Shown here piece after piece: positions 22,178 through 34,749 of a DNA stretch of 58,495 bases. The DNA comes from Octopus bimaculoides. Taxonomy: Eukaryota. The notes beneath the pieces are model-generated. The model was not told the DNA's origin, did not search any database, and saw only the letters and a program-made list of their open reading frames with translations. The stretch's first letter is position 1. Each line of letters begins with the position of its first letter. The stretch covers positions 25,565,618 through 25,624,112 of the forward strand of contig NC_068990.1 of the NCBI RefSeq assembly GCF_001194135.2, read 5' to 3'. Position numbers and translations under genes: made by a program.

Positions 22178-24419
22178 GCACCAGCACTCAAATGGTATTC
22201 ATTACTCATTTTGGAGCTGAATAGAATGAAGCTACATAAAATGAAGTGTCTTGTTGAAAGACACAATGCTTCATCTGGTCTGGGAATTGAACTCATAACA
22301 TTATAATTATGAGCTGAACACCCTAACGACAAAGGCATGCATCTGGGTAATGGAATTAAAACTGGAGTATTTTGGAGGAGAGGCAGGTCTTTGGAATAGG
22401 TTTCAACAGTGTCAGCTCTGTAGATTTGGTTGGTACGGAGTAGAATCAGATGCTTATTTAATACCTTTTGAGGGTATTCTATGCTGGGGCCTGCAGTCAC
22501 CAAACTTGAATTTGGTGGCTGCAGTGCCAACATGGAATACTTTCAAGAAATAATAGATGGTCACCTACAAGAGAATCAGCTCAAGGAGGATAGAATTCGT
22601 TGTAGAGGCAGATGACTAAAAGAGATAATACGACATAACAGTGGCTCTGACTGTCCTTGATATAGGGATAATTAAACTAAGCTATGTTTACCCTATAGCT
22701 GGTTTTTTGTTTAAAATAATCACAAAATAAGTTGTTCTTTCTGGTTTAATCTGTGTCATAGATTTTGTTTCATTTATGGCATTGTTATCTAAATACTGAA
22801 AATGTGGCATAGACAGGCAGTCATTACATTTTTTTTTTACAAACTTTCAGTCTGTTCGCTTTCTCTCTCTCTCTCTTCATACACATACCACACACACGTG
22901 GCAATGTCAGATGTCAGACTGTGTGTAAGGAGGTCTTCAGATGCTCTAGATGGGAATAGTTAACTGTAAAGGGCACCCATTAAATTAAGTAGATGAACTT
23001 CTCAGATAACTTACTAAAACATAGTCAATAGTTTCTGTCACCAACAAGATCTAATTTATGTTATGAATGGTTTTAATGAAGGCTTAGTTACTTGTATAAG
23101 ACAAGGGTGGAAATTTAAAGGGGTTGTTTTTACATTTGGAAACCAAGAGTTTTTCTGTATTTTTTTCTCAGTATATCATCTGTATAAAGCATATATAAAA
23201 TTTGTTTTGCTAAATGGTAGTGAGACATGTATAAAAGACTGTAGAAGATCAGATGTTACAAAGAAATGAGTGTGATTTAATGGATGTCTGCGTTCACAGC
23301 ATTTGTTTTCAGCGAAAAAGATGCCATGCCACGAGTCCAAGTGTAGAGTTTCATAATGATCAATGTACATCAGTTAAGTCTTTCTAATAGAATGTGGTGA
23401 CCACTGGTGATGGTGTCATGTGAAAAAAAATACTGGTACTGGTGCTACATAAAAAGCACCCAGTACATAGTAAAGTGGTTGGTGCTAGGGAAAGATTTCC
23501 AGCCACAGAAGCCATACTAAAACAGACAATTGGAACCTAATGCAGCTCTTTGGTTTGCCAGCTCCTGTCAAACCATCCAACCCATGCCAGCATGGAAAAC
23601 TGATGTTAAATGATGATGATGTGAGTGTAATCAGTTCTCACTTGTCATTCTGAAGTTCAGAACAGGTGTGGCTGTGTGGTTAAGAAGTTTGCTTCCCAAC
23701 CTCATGGTTTCAGGTTCAGTTTCACTGCATGACACCTTGAACAAATGTTTTTTACTATATCACTGGACTGACCAAAGCCTCATGTGTAGATTTGGTAGAT
23801 GGAGACTGGAAGAAGCCTGTCGTGTGAGTTGGTAGGTGCGTTAGTGCCTCTTTGTTTCATTTTCACGGGATAGTTATAAATAACTGTCACCATCATATGA
23901 ACAATGTTACCAATATTCTGTGAGAACATGTCTAGCTATGAAAACAAGTGTGAGTTGACAAAAGGGTGTCAAACCCTAGAAAATTGCCATGACAAATTCC
24001 ATCAAGCATGGAAAAGTGGGTGTTAAATGATAATGATGATGATGTAAAATAGACCCAAGGCAAATAGAATGTGTCAGGTTTGCAGTGAAAACTACAAAAT
24101 GTTAAGACCCAATAATCACTTCAAGATAAATATACTCTTTGAAAAATAAACTGTATTTGTCACTGATGGTCACAATTGTCCAACAAGTGGACAACCATCA
24201 CACATACACATGTGATGGAGGGGTTTGTGTGTGTAATACTGACATCCATTTGCTAATGGTTTTTAAGTGCCAGTGTAAATGTGAGGAGACAAAGGCACCA
24301 CTTCAATGCTCTTGTCTTTAAGCATCAACAAATCTAGGATGAGATGGCTGAAGGAAGTGAGACAGAGAGAGAGAGAGAGAGCTGAAGAGAGTGGGAAAGA
24401 GAGAGAGAGAGAGAGCTGG

Positions 24420-26220
24420 AATTGTTCATTGTCACCAACAGGAAGCTCATAGGTCCTGGATAGAAGGATATCCTTTATGAGAAACGTTACATCTGTGGAT
24501 TCATGATTCCTAAAGGAGGTGTGCTAACCCGAAGAAAATGCAACCTCCTTTCTCTGCCTTTAGCCGACCCTTGTCCTACATGTCTGGTCTTGCTGAGAGC
24601 AATGATACGGTGGTTGAATTCTCCAAGTTTCTGAACAAAGCTCTTCTCATTTCTGCTCCATTGTAGTTAACTATATCCATCCAAGTTTGTACCTTCGAAT
24701 TTCATGTTAGTATTCCAACTGCAAGGTTTTATAGTCCCTCTGGGTGCAGTTATTAAGAGGAAATAAGGTGAAGCAAGCTGTTTCAGGTACCTTTCCTAGC
24801 TCCCTCTCATTGTAGAGTGGCTCCTAAAAAAAAATAAAATAAAAAAAAAGCTTACCCATTCATAGATGTCAAAAAACTCTCCTGCTTCTGTGTGCAAGAA
24901 TTCATCAGCTAAACTAAACTTACACCCTGTGTACTGTATATCAACTAGGAGCTTCTTCATTAACAATCCTGCCCCCACAGCTGATTGTCAGTTCTTGCAA
25001 CACACATAAGAATGCAGACTGAGTTGGTTTCACATGTGAATGGTGTACCACATAATTAGATATGCAGTCTTTGCTAAACCTTCAGTTGTCAATAATGGCA
25101 AGATAATTCAAGAATAGAATAACTACAGCCCTCTCGCACCTTCCTAACCACTGTGTGAGTTAATTTCATATTATCTGCCTTATCTACCATTAAGAACTTG
25201 GGGCAATAGGTCACATTTCAACCTTGCTGCCCTGTTAAGAGCATGAGGCTCCTGATAGCATCACCAGAACAAAAAAGCCTCTCCACTACATCCAGGTAGA
25301 AGTTCCGGTTTAAACGCTGGTACTTTATTGTGTACATTAGTGTCAGGTCTTGTAGCTGTAAAGATGTACTCTATATTAAGGCTGTCACATGAACTGATAA
25401 CTGTTTATACTGCCTCTTGAACCAAAATTGCTGCTGAATTGGAATTAAACCTAGACAAAGAACATTAAGGAAGTTAACACTCCCAAAATTTACTGTAGCA
25501 TCTGTGAAAAACATTACAAAAAGGATAAAATTCCAGCAAAGAGTTGAACAATACCTATTAATAATTGAAGAACCATTGTTGGGTATGTTGAAAAGGGCCA
25601 CCCCTTCAACACATGAACAAAGCATTGATATACAGACACAGAAACAACAAGACTGGTTTAATGACAAAGGATCCCTAACACCTCAATGAAGAGAAGTAGA
25701 CAGCCCACAGACCCTCATATCCAACAAAAAGAGTAAAGCTTATCAGAAAAGCAAAATTCTGACACAGTAGATTAGTCATATTCTAAAAGACTGATGATGA
25801 AAAGGGAGAGAGAGCTAAAAAAAAATATAAGAAAACCTACACCTCATGGTCATCAATGATGTCAGCAGTTTCTTCAATGCCACAAAGGCCATCTGCAACT
25901 TCTAAATGAATAGCAGGACACCAATTAAAAACAGAAACTTTACAACCTCTTAAAAACTGAGGAAAATCAGTCACTGCAGGAAGGAACAGTTTGAGCAGCT
26001 CCAAGTTTGCTATCCTAATGTTGGTGAAGATGCTATTTTACAACACATCTCATCTAGACTTACCGAAGATGTGCATGGCAGAACCTACTTGACATTTAAA
26101 AAAGTCCACTTTGCTGTGAATGGCTTGAAGAACAATAAAACCTCAAGCATTGAAATCTTCAAGGATAGAAAGATTTATTGGAATATTTCAACAGTGCCTT
26201 TACTAGGGAATTGTCAAAGA
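24420..26220. mobile_element. Highly degenerate RTE LINE: endonuclease N-terminus on minus (about 24420-24760), linker/RT start on plus (about 25450-26220)
   Basis: Minus: IIALSKTRHVGQGSAK..ELPVG. Plus: KQQDWFND..NGLKNNKTSSIEIFK. Confidence 0.5.
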
Positions 26221-26434
26221 ATAAATACCTGTGTTTGATATCCATCCATCCATCCATCCATCTATCTATCTATAACTGCTGAGACAATCTGGTGCTCGAC
26301 TGAAGATTGAAAGCCCCAAATGACCTGTTCTTGTTTTTTCCTGTCCTTTTTTGTATTGTCTAACTGTCCAAATGTTTTGTTGCCTGCTACATTCTTGTTC
26401 CATTTTTTGTGTTGATTTTATATATATAGACACA

Positions 26435-26836
26435 GGAGTGGCTGTGTGGTAAGTAGCTTGCTTACCAATCACATGGTTCTGGGTTCAGTCCCACTGCGTG
26501 GTATCTTGGGCAAGTGTCTTCTACTATAGCCTCGGGCCGACCAAAGCCTTGTGAGTGGATTTGGTAGACGGAAACTGAAAGAAGCCCATCGTATATATGT
26601 ATATATATATGTGTGTGTGTGTGTGTATATGTTTGTGTGTCTGTGTTTGTCCCCCCAACATCGCTTGACAACCGATGCTGGTGTGTTTACGTCCCCATAA
26701 CTTAGTGGTTCGGCAAAAGAGACCGATAGAATAAGTACTAGGTTTATAAAGAATAAGTCCTGGGGTCGATTTGCTCGACTAAAGGCGGTGCTCCAGCATG
26801 GCCTCAGTCAAATGACTGAAACAAGTAAGAGTAAAG
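26435..26836 (+). mobile_element. SINE family A, full length
   Basis: ggagtggctgtgtggtaagtagc..ggttcagtccc..(TA)(TG)..ctccagcatggcctcagtcaaatgactgaaacaagtaagag. Confidence 0.9.
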
Positions 26837-27507
26837 AGTATATATATATCTCAAATACCATTTTTTTCTCAGTTATGTCTAAACTATTGTGATCATCTCT
26901 CCTTGTCAATGTCCAGATATTCCTGTTAACCTGTCATTCATACTTTAACCTCTCACCTAACTCTTTCTCCCCGTATACTGTAGCCCCACTCAAAGTCCAA
27001 CTTAATATTGTGGGTTGTATGGCACCCTCACTTGTGTTGGTGCCGTGAAAACAGCACCCAGTGCACTTAGTACAGTGGTTAGCTTTTAAGAAGGGCATTC
27101 AGACACACTTTTAGTGCAAATATGGGAGCAGAATGCATCCCTGAGACCTATCAGATCCTATCAATCTGTCCAACTCATGTCAGCATAGAAGATAGCCATT
27201 AAAAGATGATAATGATATTTAGAGTTGAAATTTCCTGTATCATTTGTTGCTTTTAATAACAAAGGTTGAAGAGAGTTAATCTCTCTCTTCTGGGAAGGAT
27301 AAATGTTTTTCTGATTTCAAATCCTACTGGTTTTTGGTTTTAGATCTTACCCTACTCTTGCTGATAAAATATAAGTTCTCATAAAAGTAGACCTGTTTAA
27401 ATTGACTGCAGCCCCACCTTGCAAAAATCACTGTATTCTTTGTAAGAAATCAATATGTGTATGTGTTTCAATAGATACCGTACTATATTTAGCCATAATA
27501 AATTACA

Positions 27508-27529
27508 AATAATAATAATAATAATAATA

Positions 27530-27560
<31 letters not shown>
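27508..27560. repeat. (AAT)n microsatellite
   Basis: Direct reading. Confidence 0.97.
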
Positions 27561-28464
27561 AGCAGACAGTCACGTGAATAAAAACTGGATGAGTAGGTAT
27601 CATGTGATGACATAAGCTAAGAGTTCCTGGACTGTTCTAGGCAAATATAACCAAAGATTTCTTAAGTTATGCTTTGTCCAGTATGATTCGTATGTTTTAC
27701 TTCTGAAATCCAAATCCAGCTTCGATTGAAATCCTGTTTAGGTTTAGAGCCTGATAACAGTGGCTGATACTAATGTGTCTTATTTCCTTCAGATAATCGT
27801 GTATTATATTTGCTTCCTTACCTTTTGAGTAATTGAGTTCCAGGTCAGCTCTGATTGAGTACACACCTATGATAAAAGGCATTCAAACCTAGACCTGTTT
27901 TTTTTTCTTTTTGTGGGTGCAGGTAGAATTACTTTGTCTAATGTGTTGATTTTTTTTTTAAGACTAAGAAAGGAAAATTCAACTGGTGTTTCCACCATGT
28001 TGTACAACTGTTTATGGGCTCTCTTCATTAGCTCAATTTCTTAAAGGTCTGAGATGTCCCTAGTTCATTTGCAACAAAACAAAATTGTTTAATGAAGTTA
28101 GTAAGAGCATGATATGAGGGAAATTTGGTTGCTCTTTCTAGCAGGTAGAGTGAATATATAGAGGTTACCTCGTGCATACCTGTGTGTATATGTGTGTTGT
28201 AATGCAGGCTTCATATATGCCATAAACTTTATATCATATTTTTTGTCTGTCATCTAATGATGATGAGTGAGTCACCTGAAATATAAGGGATTAATAAATT
28301 ATTTTCACTTTGTAAGAAACTCTCTGCTTTACATTATTTTATTCTTTCTTATATCACAATGCTTTACACAAGCTACAATGCTCTCCTTTATGAAAATATA
28401 ATTAACTGTGATAAGAGATCTGAAGATGTGTAACTCCCAAATTTATTGACTTAATAACAATCCG

Positions 28465-28620
28465 GTAATTTCATTGGCCTATTACATTTCCTGTTTAGCA
28501 GTTTATTGGCCAGTATTACATTTCATACTTACAATTTTATTGGCCAATATTACACTTGTGATAGCAATTTCATTGGTTGATAGTATATTTCTTAGTAATT
28601 TCATTGGTTGATATTTCATT
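28465..28620. repeat. Degenerate minisatellite of about 32 bp, 5 units, each containing ATTGG
   Basis: ATTGG at 28473, 28505, 28539, 28572 and 28603. Confidence 0.75.
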
Positions 28621-28967
28621 TATACTTCATAGTGGAGGTTGTATTGATTAATAAATTCTGCATTTGTGACCTCATCTTAGTTCCTGTAAGACTGTTCATA
28701 AACATAAAAATTATTTCTTATTGAAGAACTTTTTGTCTTATATTTGCAGCAGGGGGATGATGTCTGTTTTGTGGTAATACCTTTCTGGCAAATCATTGCT
28801 ATATCGATATCATATATCTTAATATCATTATTATATCTTGACATTGTACTTTCACTATTGTCCATATCTATGATATTAACATGTACAATATTTTGATTGA
28901 TATTGGTTTCAAATTTTGGCACAAGGCCAGTATTTTCTGGAAAGAGGGTAGGTTGACAACATTGACC

Positions 28968-29244
28968 CCCATTCTATATTTAAGAGACGAGGAATTATGT
29001 ACATTATTTACATTATTTACATTTGACGGATATTTGTCCTCATCTTATTTGTTGTTAATACGTTTCAGCTGATATACCCTCCAGCCTTCATCAGGTGTCT
29101 TGGGGAAATTTTGAACCTGGGTTCTCATTCCTAAGGTATTTTTTAAAATGTTATTATTATTATATGCCCATGGGTGTATGGCGTAGTGGTTAAGAGTGTG
29201 GGTTACTAACCCCAAGATTCTGAGTTCGATTCCAAGCAGTGACC
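28968..29244. mobile_element. SINE family D copy with tail on minus (28968-29160) and tRNA-like head on plus (29168-29244)
   Basis: Both modules match the colinear copy at 52265-52525. Confidence 0.8.
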
Positions 29245-30466
29245 ACATGACTGGGAAGCAAGTTTCTTACCCACACAGGTATGCTAGTGCCTGTCAAGAT
29301 TAAAATCACATGGTAGGTGTAAATGAATGTTCTCAACATGCAAGTGCTGTGCCTAATTTCCAGTCTTCTGTGAATAACCTGTCCAGCTATGGGGAAGTAT
29401 TGCCTTGCTTGGAAACAGGCGAGGGTTAGCAACAGGAAAGGCACCCGACTACTGGAAATCTGCCTTAACAAATTATAATCATTGCTATATTTCAATATTG
29501 TAGATCAGGGTATCATAGATATGGATCAATATTAAAAGAGTGATGTTCTAGTTATTGATTTCTTTGGACTGGGCTCCCAGCCAATTTTTGCAGGTGGTGG
29601 AGTGATGCAAAATTGATTAAATCTAATTCAGTTGCTGATTCAATCAACCCTAGTATACTGGAACTCAGGAGAGGGAGGCACCGATTGCGTTAAAGCATCT
29701 TAGTCAGGAGTCCTGCCATCAGCTGTTAGCAACATGCATTTATTACGTCTCAAGGAACATGCTAAACTGAATAGAACATTTCATGATAATTCGCTCAGTG
29801 CTTATTTGAGCAAATTTCCTTTTCGTCTTTGCAGCATTAGTAAAATGGATATCAGGCCAATATTGGAATTAATTCAGTTTGTTACAACCAGATTGAATTG
29901 AAACAATTTCATTATGGTAGAATCATCATCATAACCATCATCATTTAATGTCCATTTCTCATGCTGGCATGGGTTGGATAGCTTGACAGGAACTGACATG
30001 GCCAGGGGTCACACCATGTTTCATAGTCTATTTTGGCTTGGTTTCTACAACTGGATGCTTTTCTGGATGACCACTTTACAGAGTGTACTGGGTGCTTTTT
30101 ACATGGCACCTTGGTTTTAGAATATCAATTCTGTTGTGGTGGGCAGGTCTTCTTGAGTACCGTTTAAAACACAAGTACCATTATTTTCCCTTTGTTTTGT
30201 AACAGTCATTGTCTTTGTCTCCATTTTCCCACGCTTGCATGTATTGTGCAGAACTCATTAACGTAGATTCTATACAGCTGGATGCCCTTCCTGTCACCAA
30301 CCCTCACTGGTTTCCAAGTAAAGTAATATTTCCCCATGGCTGGACATGTTTTCATGGCAGACTGGAGGAAAGGGACACTGCTTGCATGACAGTGACATTT
30401 GTTTATAACTATCACGTGATGTCAAAACTAGGAGATCCCGAAACACACACACACACACACACACAC

Positions 30467-32009
30467 GATCTATAACACACATATGTACATGTCTTTGTGT
30501 TTCCTTTCCTTGGCATTGTGTGATAGTTGTAAATGAGCATCACTGTTATATAAGCAGTGTCATTTGTTTCCATTCTTCCATGAAAACATGTTTGGCCAAG
30601 GAGAAATATTACCTCACCTGGAAACAGATAATAGTTGGCAAGAGGAGGAGCATCCAGACAGAAAATCTGCTTCAAGGAAGTGGACATTAAAACAATAATC
30701 TTTTTACTGTTGAACATAAAAACAGATGCTTACACCCAGAGACACACACATCTCTACTCCCACTCCCTGAAAATACACGTCCACATAATAGGTTTTCATA
30801 CATAAATACACCCCATTGATTTATTAATCGTATTATTGCAGTCAGTTGCTAAATATTTTGTATGATTTTACTCGGATATTTTCCAAGGCAAACTTTGCCA
30901 CCACAATTATTTCAAAGGGTGTTTCAGTGTAGCACATACAAACATTTATGAAACAGCAATTTTAGGAAGACAAACTATTTGTAATGTAAAGTCGTTTAGT
31001 GACTAATGTTTTGACGTCTTAACACAAGCCAATAAGGGAGCCTATAGTGGTCACTCGACCTGCTAGAAATAGCAGCCCAATCTCTTTCAAATTACAACCT
31101 ACTGTCTTAAACAGGGCAGGGCGTATTATACAATGTTGTCCTAGATACTGTGTTTGAGATGGTCATGACAGGAATATTTTGAACCTTTAGTCTGCCTGAT
31201 TGGAGCCGATTAGTAAATAAATGACTAAAATTCAATCTCTGTTAACAATTGCAGAAATTCGTAACTACCCACACCTGAACTAATATTACCACTGCCACCA
31301 CCACCACCACATTTTGACAAGTAGTTGAATATCAGCATGTTACCTGTCCAGGGAATACTGTTTGATTGCTGTATTTTTAATTAGATTTTTGTTTATAAAT
31401 AACTGATTAATTAACCATTTCATATGTATTTCACATGTTCCACGTCATTTATAAACATATAAGCATAATTGTGTGGTTAAGAATTTCACTTCCCAACTAC
31501 ATGTCCTCCTCGGGTTCATCCCCTTTCTGCAGCCCCTTAGGCAAATGCCTTCTACTAAAACTCTAGGCCAGGCCTGGCCAGCTTGAATCACATTGTGGGC
31601 CACTTTAATCACAGAAAGTTTTTTGAGGGCCGCTTGTATACTGACAGAATTGAAAGCATTTTGCTTTCTCATTCACCTACATATATGATCTATAACACAC
31701 ATACATATGTATGTGTTTCCTTACCTTGGCATTATGTAATAGTTGTAAACGAGCATCACTGTTATATAAGCAGTGTCATTTGTTTCCAGTCTTCCATGAA
31801 AACATGTTTGGCCAAGGAGAAATATTACGTTGCCTGGAAACAGATAATAGTTGTCAAGAGGAAGAGCATCCAGACAGAAGATCTGCTTCAAGGAAGTGGA
31901 CATTAAAACAATAATCTTTTTACTGTTGAACATGAAAACAGATGCTTATACCCAGAGATACACACATCTCTACTCCCACTCCCTGAAAACATACATGTCC
32001 ACATAATAG
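30467..32009 (+). repeat. Local direct duplication: 30467-30791 and 31687-32009
   Basis: About 325-bp copies, roughly 90% identical, extending past the TE end into ..ctctactcccactccctgaaaa..ccacataatag. Confidence 0.9.
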
Positions 32010-32767
32010 ATATAATGAATGAATGATCGTTGATTCAACATGAAATATTATCATTTCAAAAAACAATAGTATCTTTCTCTTTTACTTTTCATTACAATCT
32101 TTAATTTTTGATACAATTTTTAAAATGTCTGCTTAAATAAACCCATTTCCAAAAAGTATCAAGCGGGCTGCAAGATAAAAGTCTGTGGGCTGCGTGTGGC
32201 CCGCAGGCCTCAGGTTGGCCAGTCCTGTTCTAGGCTGACTAAAGCCTTGTGAGTGCATTTGGTTGGCAGAAACTGAAAGTAGACCATTATATAATCAGAG
32301 ACATGCCGCGCTTGGGTAGGCAAGGTAGGCAGTACCTAACCTGAATAAAATAGATCGATAACAACAGTTTCCTTTTATGGCAAAATATGCATCTAATTTA
32401 ATAAAATCATGAAGGTTGCTCTGATTACTCTGCATAAAATGCAAAATATCTTTTTTTTTTTTTTGTAGATTAGGTAGGTATAATTCACCCCTGCCTTTCA
32501 ATTTCAGTATTAAAACTACGCATAGTACTGCTGTAGTACACGTGCTGTGTACCTTCTGCCTTCAACTCAGTCATGCGGCTGTCAGTTGAAATATATTTGT
32601 CACATATTTCAACTAACCTGAATTCTGCTCATACCCAAACACCGCGCCTATGCTCCATAAATAAATAAATATATATATATATATACTTCTAATATAGGAT
32701 AAGATTTTTTCAAAAAATCTCAAGTGGCCAGCATATTAAAATACCTTTAAAGGTGAAAATTATAAAT

Positions 32768-33030
32768 AAGGGCAAAAGAAAAATTTCTTTGCCAATATGC
32801 TGAGAAATAGACTTTAAATCGTCAATCACCACATACAATATACATCGCTATGAACACACGTTCTACTGAAATCGAAGAAAGCAAGCTAACGGAATTTTTT
32901 ATAATGCGTTAGCTTGCTTTCCTCGATTTCAGTAGAACGTGTGTTCATAGGGATGTATATTGTATGTGGTGATTGACAATCTAAAGTCTATTTCTCAGCA
33001 TATTGGCATAGAAATTTTTCTTTTGCCCTT
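32768..33030. repeat. Long inverted repeat: 124-bp arms, 15-nt spacer
   Basis: 32768-32891 is the reverse complement of 32907-33030 with 5 mismatches by my count. Confidence 0.95.
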
Positions 33031-33079
33031 GATTATATTTGTTTATATATGTATATATGATGGCAATCTTTCATAGTCT

Positions 33080-33342
33080 GCAGTTTTTTGCTGAACAAAC
33101 CTGCACAAATGATTTGTTTATAGGGATCAAATGTATGCGCTGTACATAAGCATACTCCCACCATCAAATCGCTGTTTCCTGAACAGGTATACAGTGTACC
33201 ACACATCAGGTGTCGAAGTGATTGCAAAGCAACACGAGATGAAGTGTTTTGCTCAAAAACACAATGCACCACCCGGTCCAAGAATTGAAACCACAATCTT
33301 CTGATCATGAGTGCAACACCCTAACCACTAGGCCATGCAACC
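33080..33342 (-). mobile_element. tRNA-derived SINE (another family) on minus, adjoining a family-A tail on plus (33365-33575)
   Basis: Minus strand gcatggcctagtggttagggtg..ggtttcaattc..tttgagcaaaacacttcat. Confidence 0.72.
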
Positions 33343-33699
33343 TTGACATATAGACACATGCATATATATATATGTGTGTGTGTGTGTGTGTTTGTCCCCC
33401 CACCATCGCTTGACAACCGATGTTGGTGTGTTTACGTGTCCCCGTAACTTAGCAGTTCGGCAAAAGAGACCGATAGAATAAGTACTAGACTTACAAAGAA
33501 TAAGTTCTGGGGGTCGATTTGTTCGACTAAAGGCAGTGCTCCAGCATGGCCGCAGTCAAACGACTTAAACAAATAAGAGGAAAATGCTATAAACCTGTGA
33601 TATTTATTTTATGAAACCATATTCAAGTGGATCACATTGGGATCATCACATTACTCTCGTTTCTTACCCACAATACACAAGAGTGTGTTCAGAAATCAT

Positions 33700-34135
33700 T
33701 ATCATCATCATCATTATTTAACATCCGTTTTCCATGGGTTGGATGGTTCGACTGGTGTTTGGGAAGCCAGGAGTCTGCACCAGGCTCCAGTCTGATCTGG
33801 CAGTGTTTCTACAGCTGGATGCCCTTCCTAACACCAACCACTCCAATAATGTAGTGGGTGCTTTTTTTTTTACATGCCACCAGCACAGGGGCCAGAGGAG
33901 GCTGACAACAACCACGATCGGTTGGTGATTTTTATGTGCCACCAGCACGGAAGCCTGTCGAGGTGGCACTAGCATCGGCCATGTTCAGATGGTGCTTTTT
34001 ACGTGTCACTGGCACGGGGATCACAACTACAATTTCCATTTGATTTTGATGTGCTTGACTCAATAGGTCTCCTCAAGCACAGCATGTCACCTTACAATCC
34101 AAGGTACTTTTGAATGGGTTGGGGCTGGTTATGCA
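33700..34135 (-). mobile_element. LINE 3'-tail repeat immediately upstream of the LMBRD2 start-exon acceptor
   Basis: Reverse complement of the tail family, including caataggtctcctcaagca. Confidence 0.82.
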
Positions 34136-34177
34136 TTTAAATAACTTGCTATTAATCATTTTCTCTTTTCGTTGCAG

Positions 34178-34415
34178 GTTTGCTGTGAGCAGCTCTTTAT
34201 TTTTATTGTGTAGTTTTTGTGGATCATGCAGTGCATGAAACATGAGTGCCGGACCACTCACTGTAGAGATCATCTGTACCTGTATTCTTGCCTTGCTGCT
34301 TATTCATCGCTATGGTGATTGGAGGAAGCAGCATGTTCTGGTTACCTTGGCTACATTCGTTGCCTGGTATTTCTCTTTGATGATAATCTTCATCATCCCA
34401 CTGGATGTTTCATCG
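34178..34415 (+). CDS. LMBRD2: LMBRD2 coding exon 1 (5'UTR 34178-34241, CDS 34242-34415, 174 nt)
   Basis: Acceptor ttttcgttgcag|g at 34177/34178; ATG in aaacATGa context; donor catcg|gtgagt at 34415/34416; phase 0. Confidence 0.93.
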
Positions 34416-34668
34416 GTGAGTCGGCAGCCTTTTATTTCATATTACCTCTCCTTGTTGTTGTCTTTATTGTTAACGAACTTGACATTAAATTGTAATTATG
34501 TAGGCGCAGGCATGAATGTGTAGTATGATGTTTGCTTCCTGACCACATGGCTCTGGGTTCAGTCCCACTACATGGCACTTTTGGCAAGTGTCTTCTATAG
34601 CCCTGGGCTAGCCAATACCTTGTCAATGCATTTGGAAGACAGAAACTGAAAGAAGTCCATTGTGAGTG

Positions 34669-34699
<31 letters not shown>

Positions 34700-34703
34700 T
34701 GGG

Positions 34704-34749
<46 letters not shown>

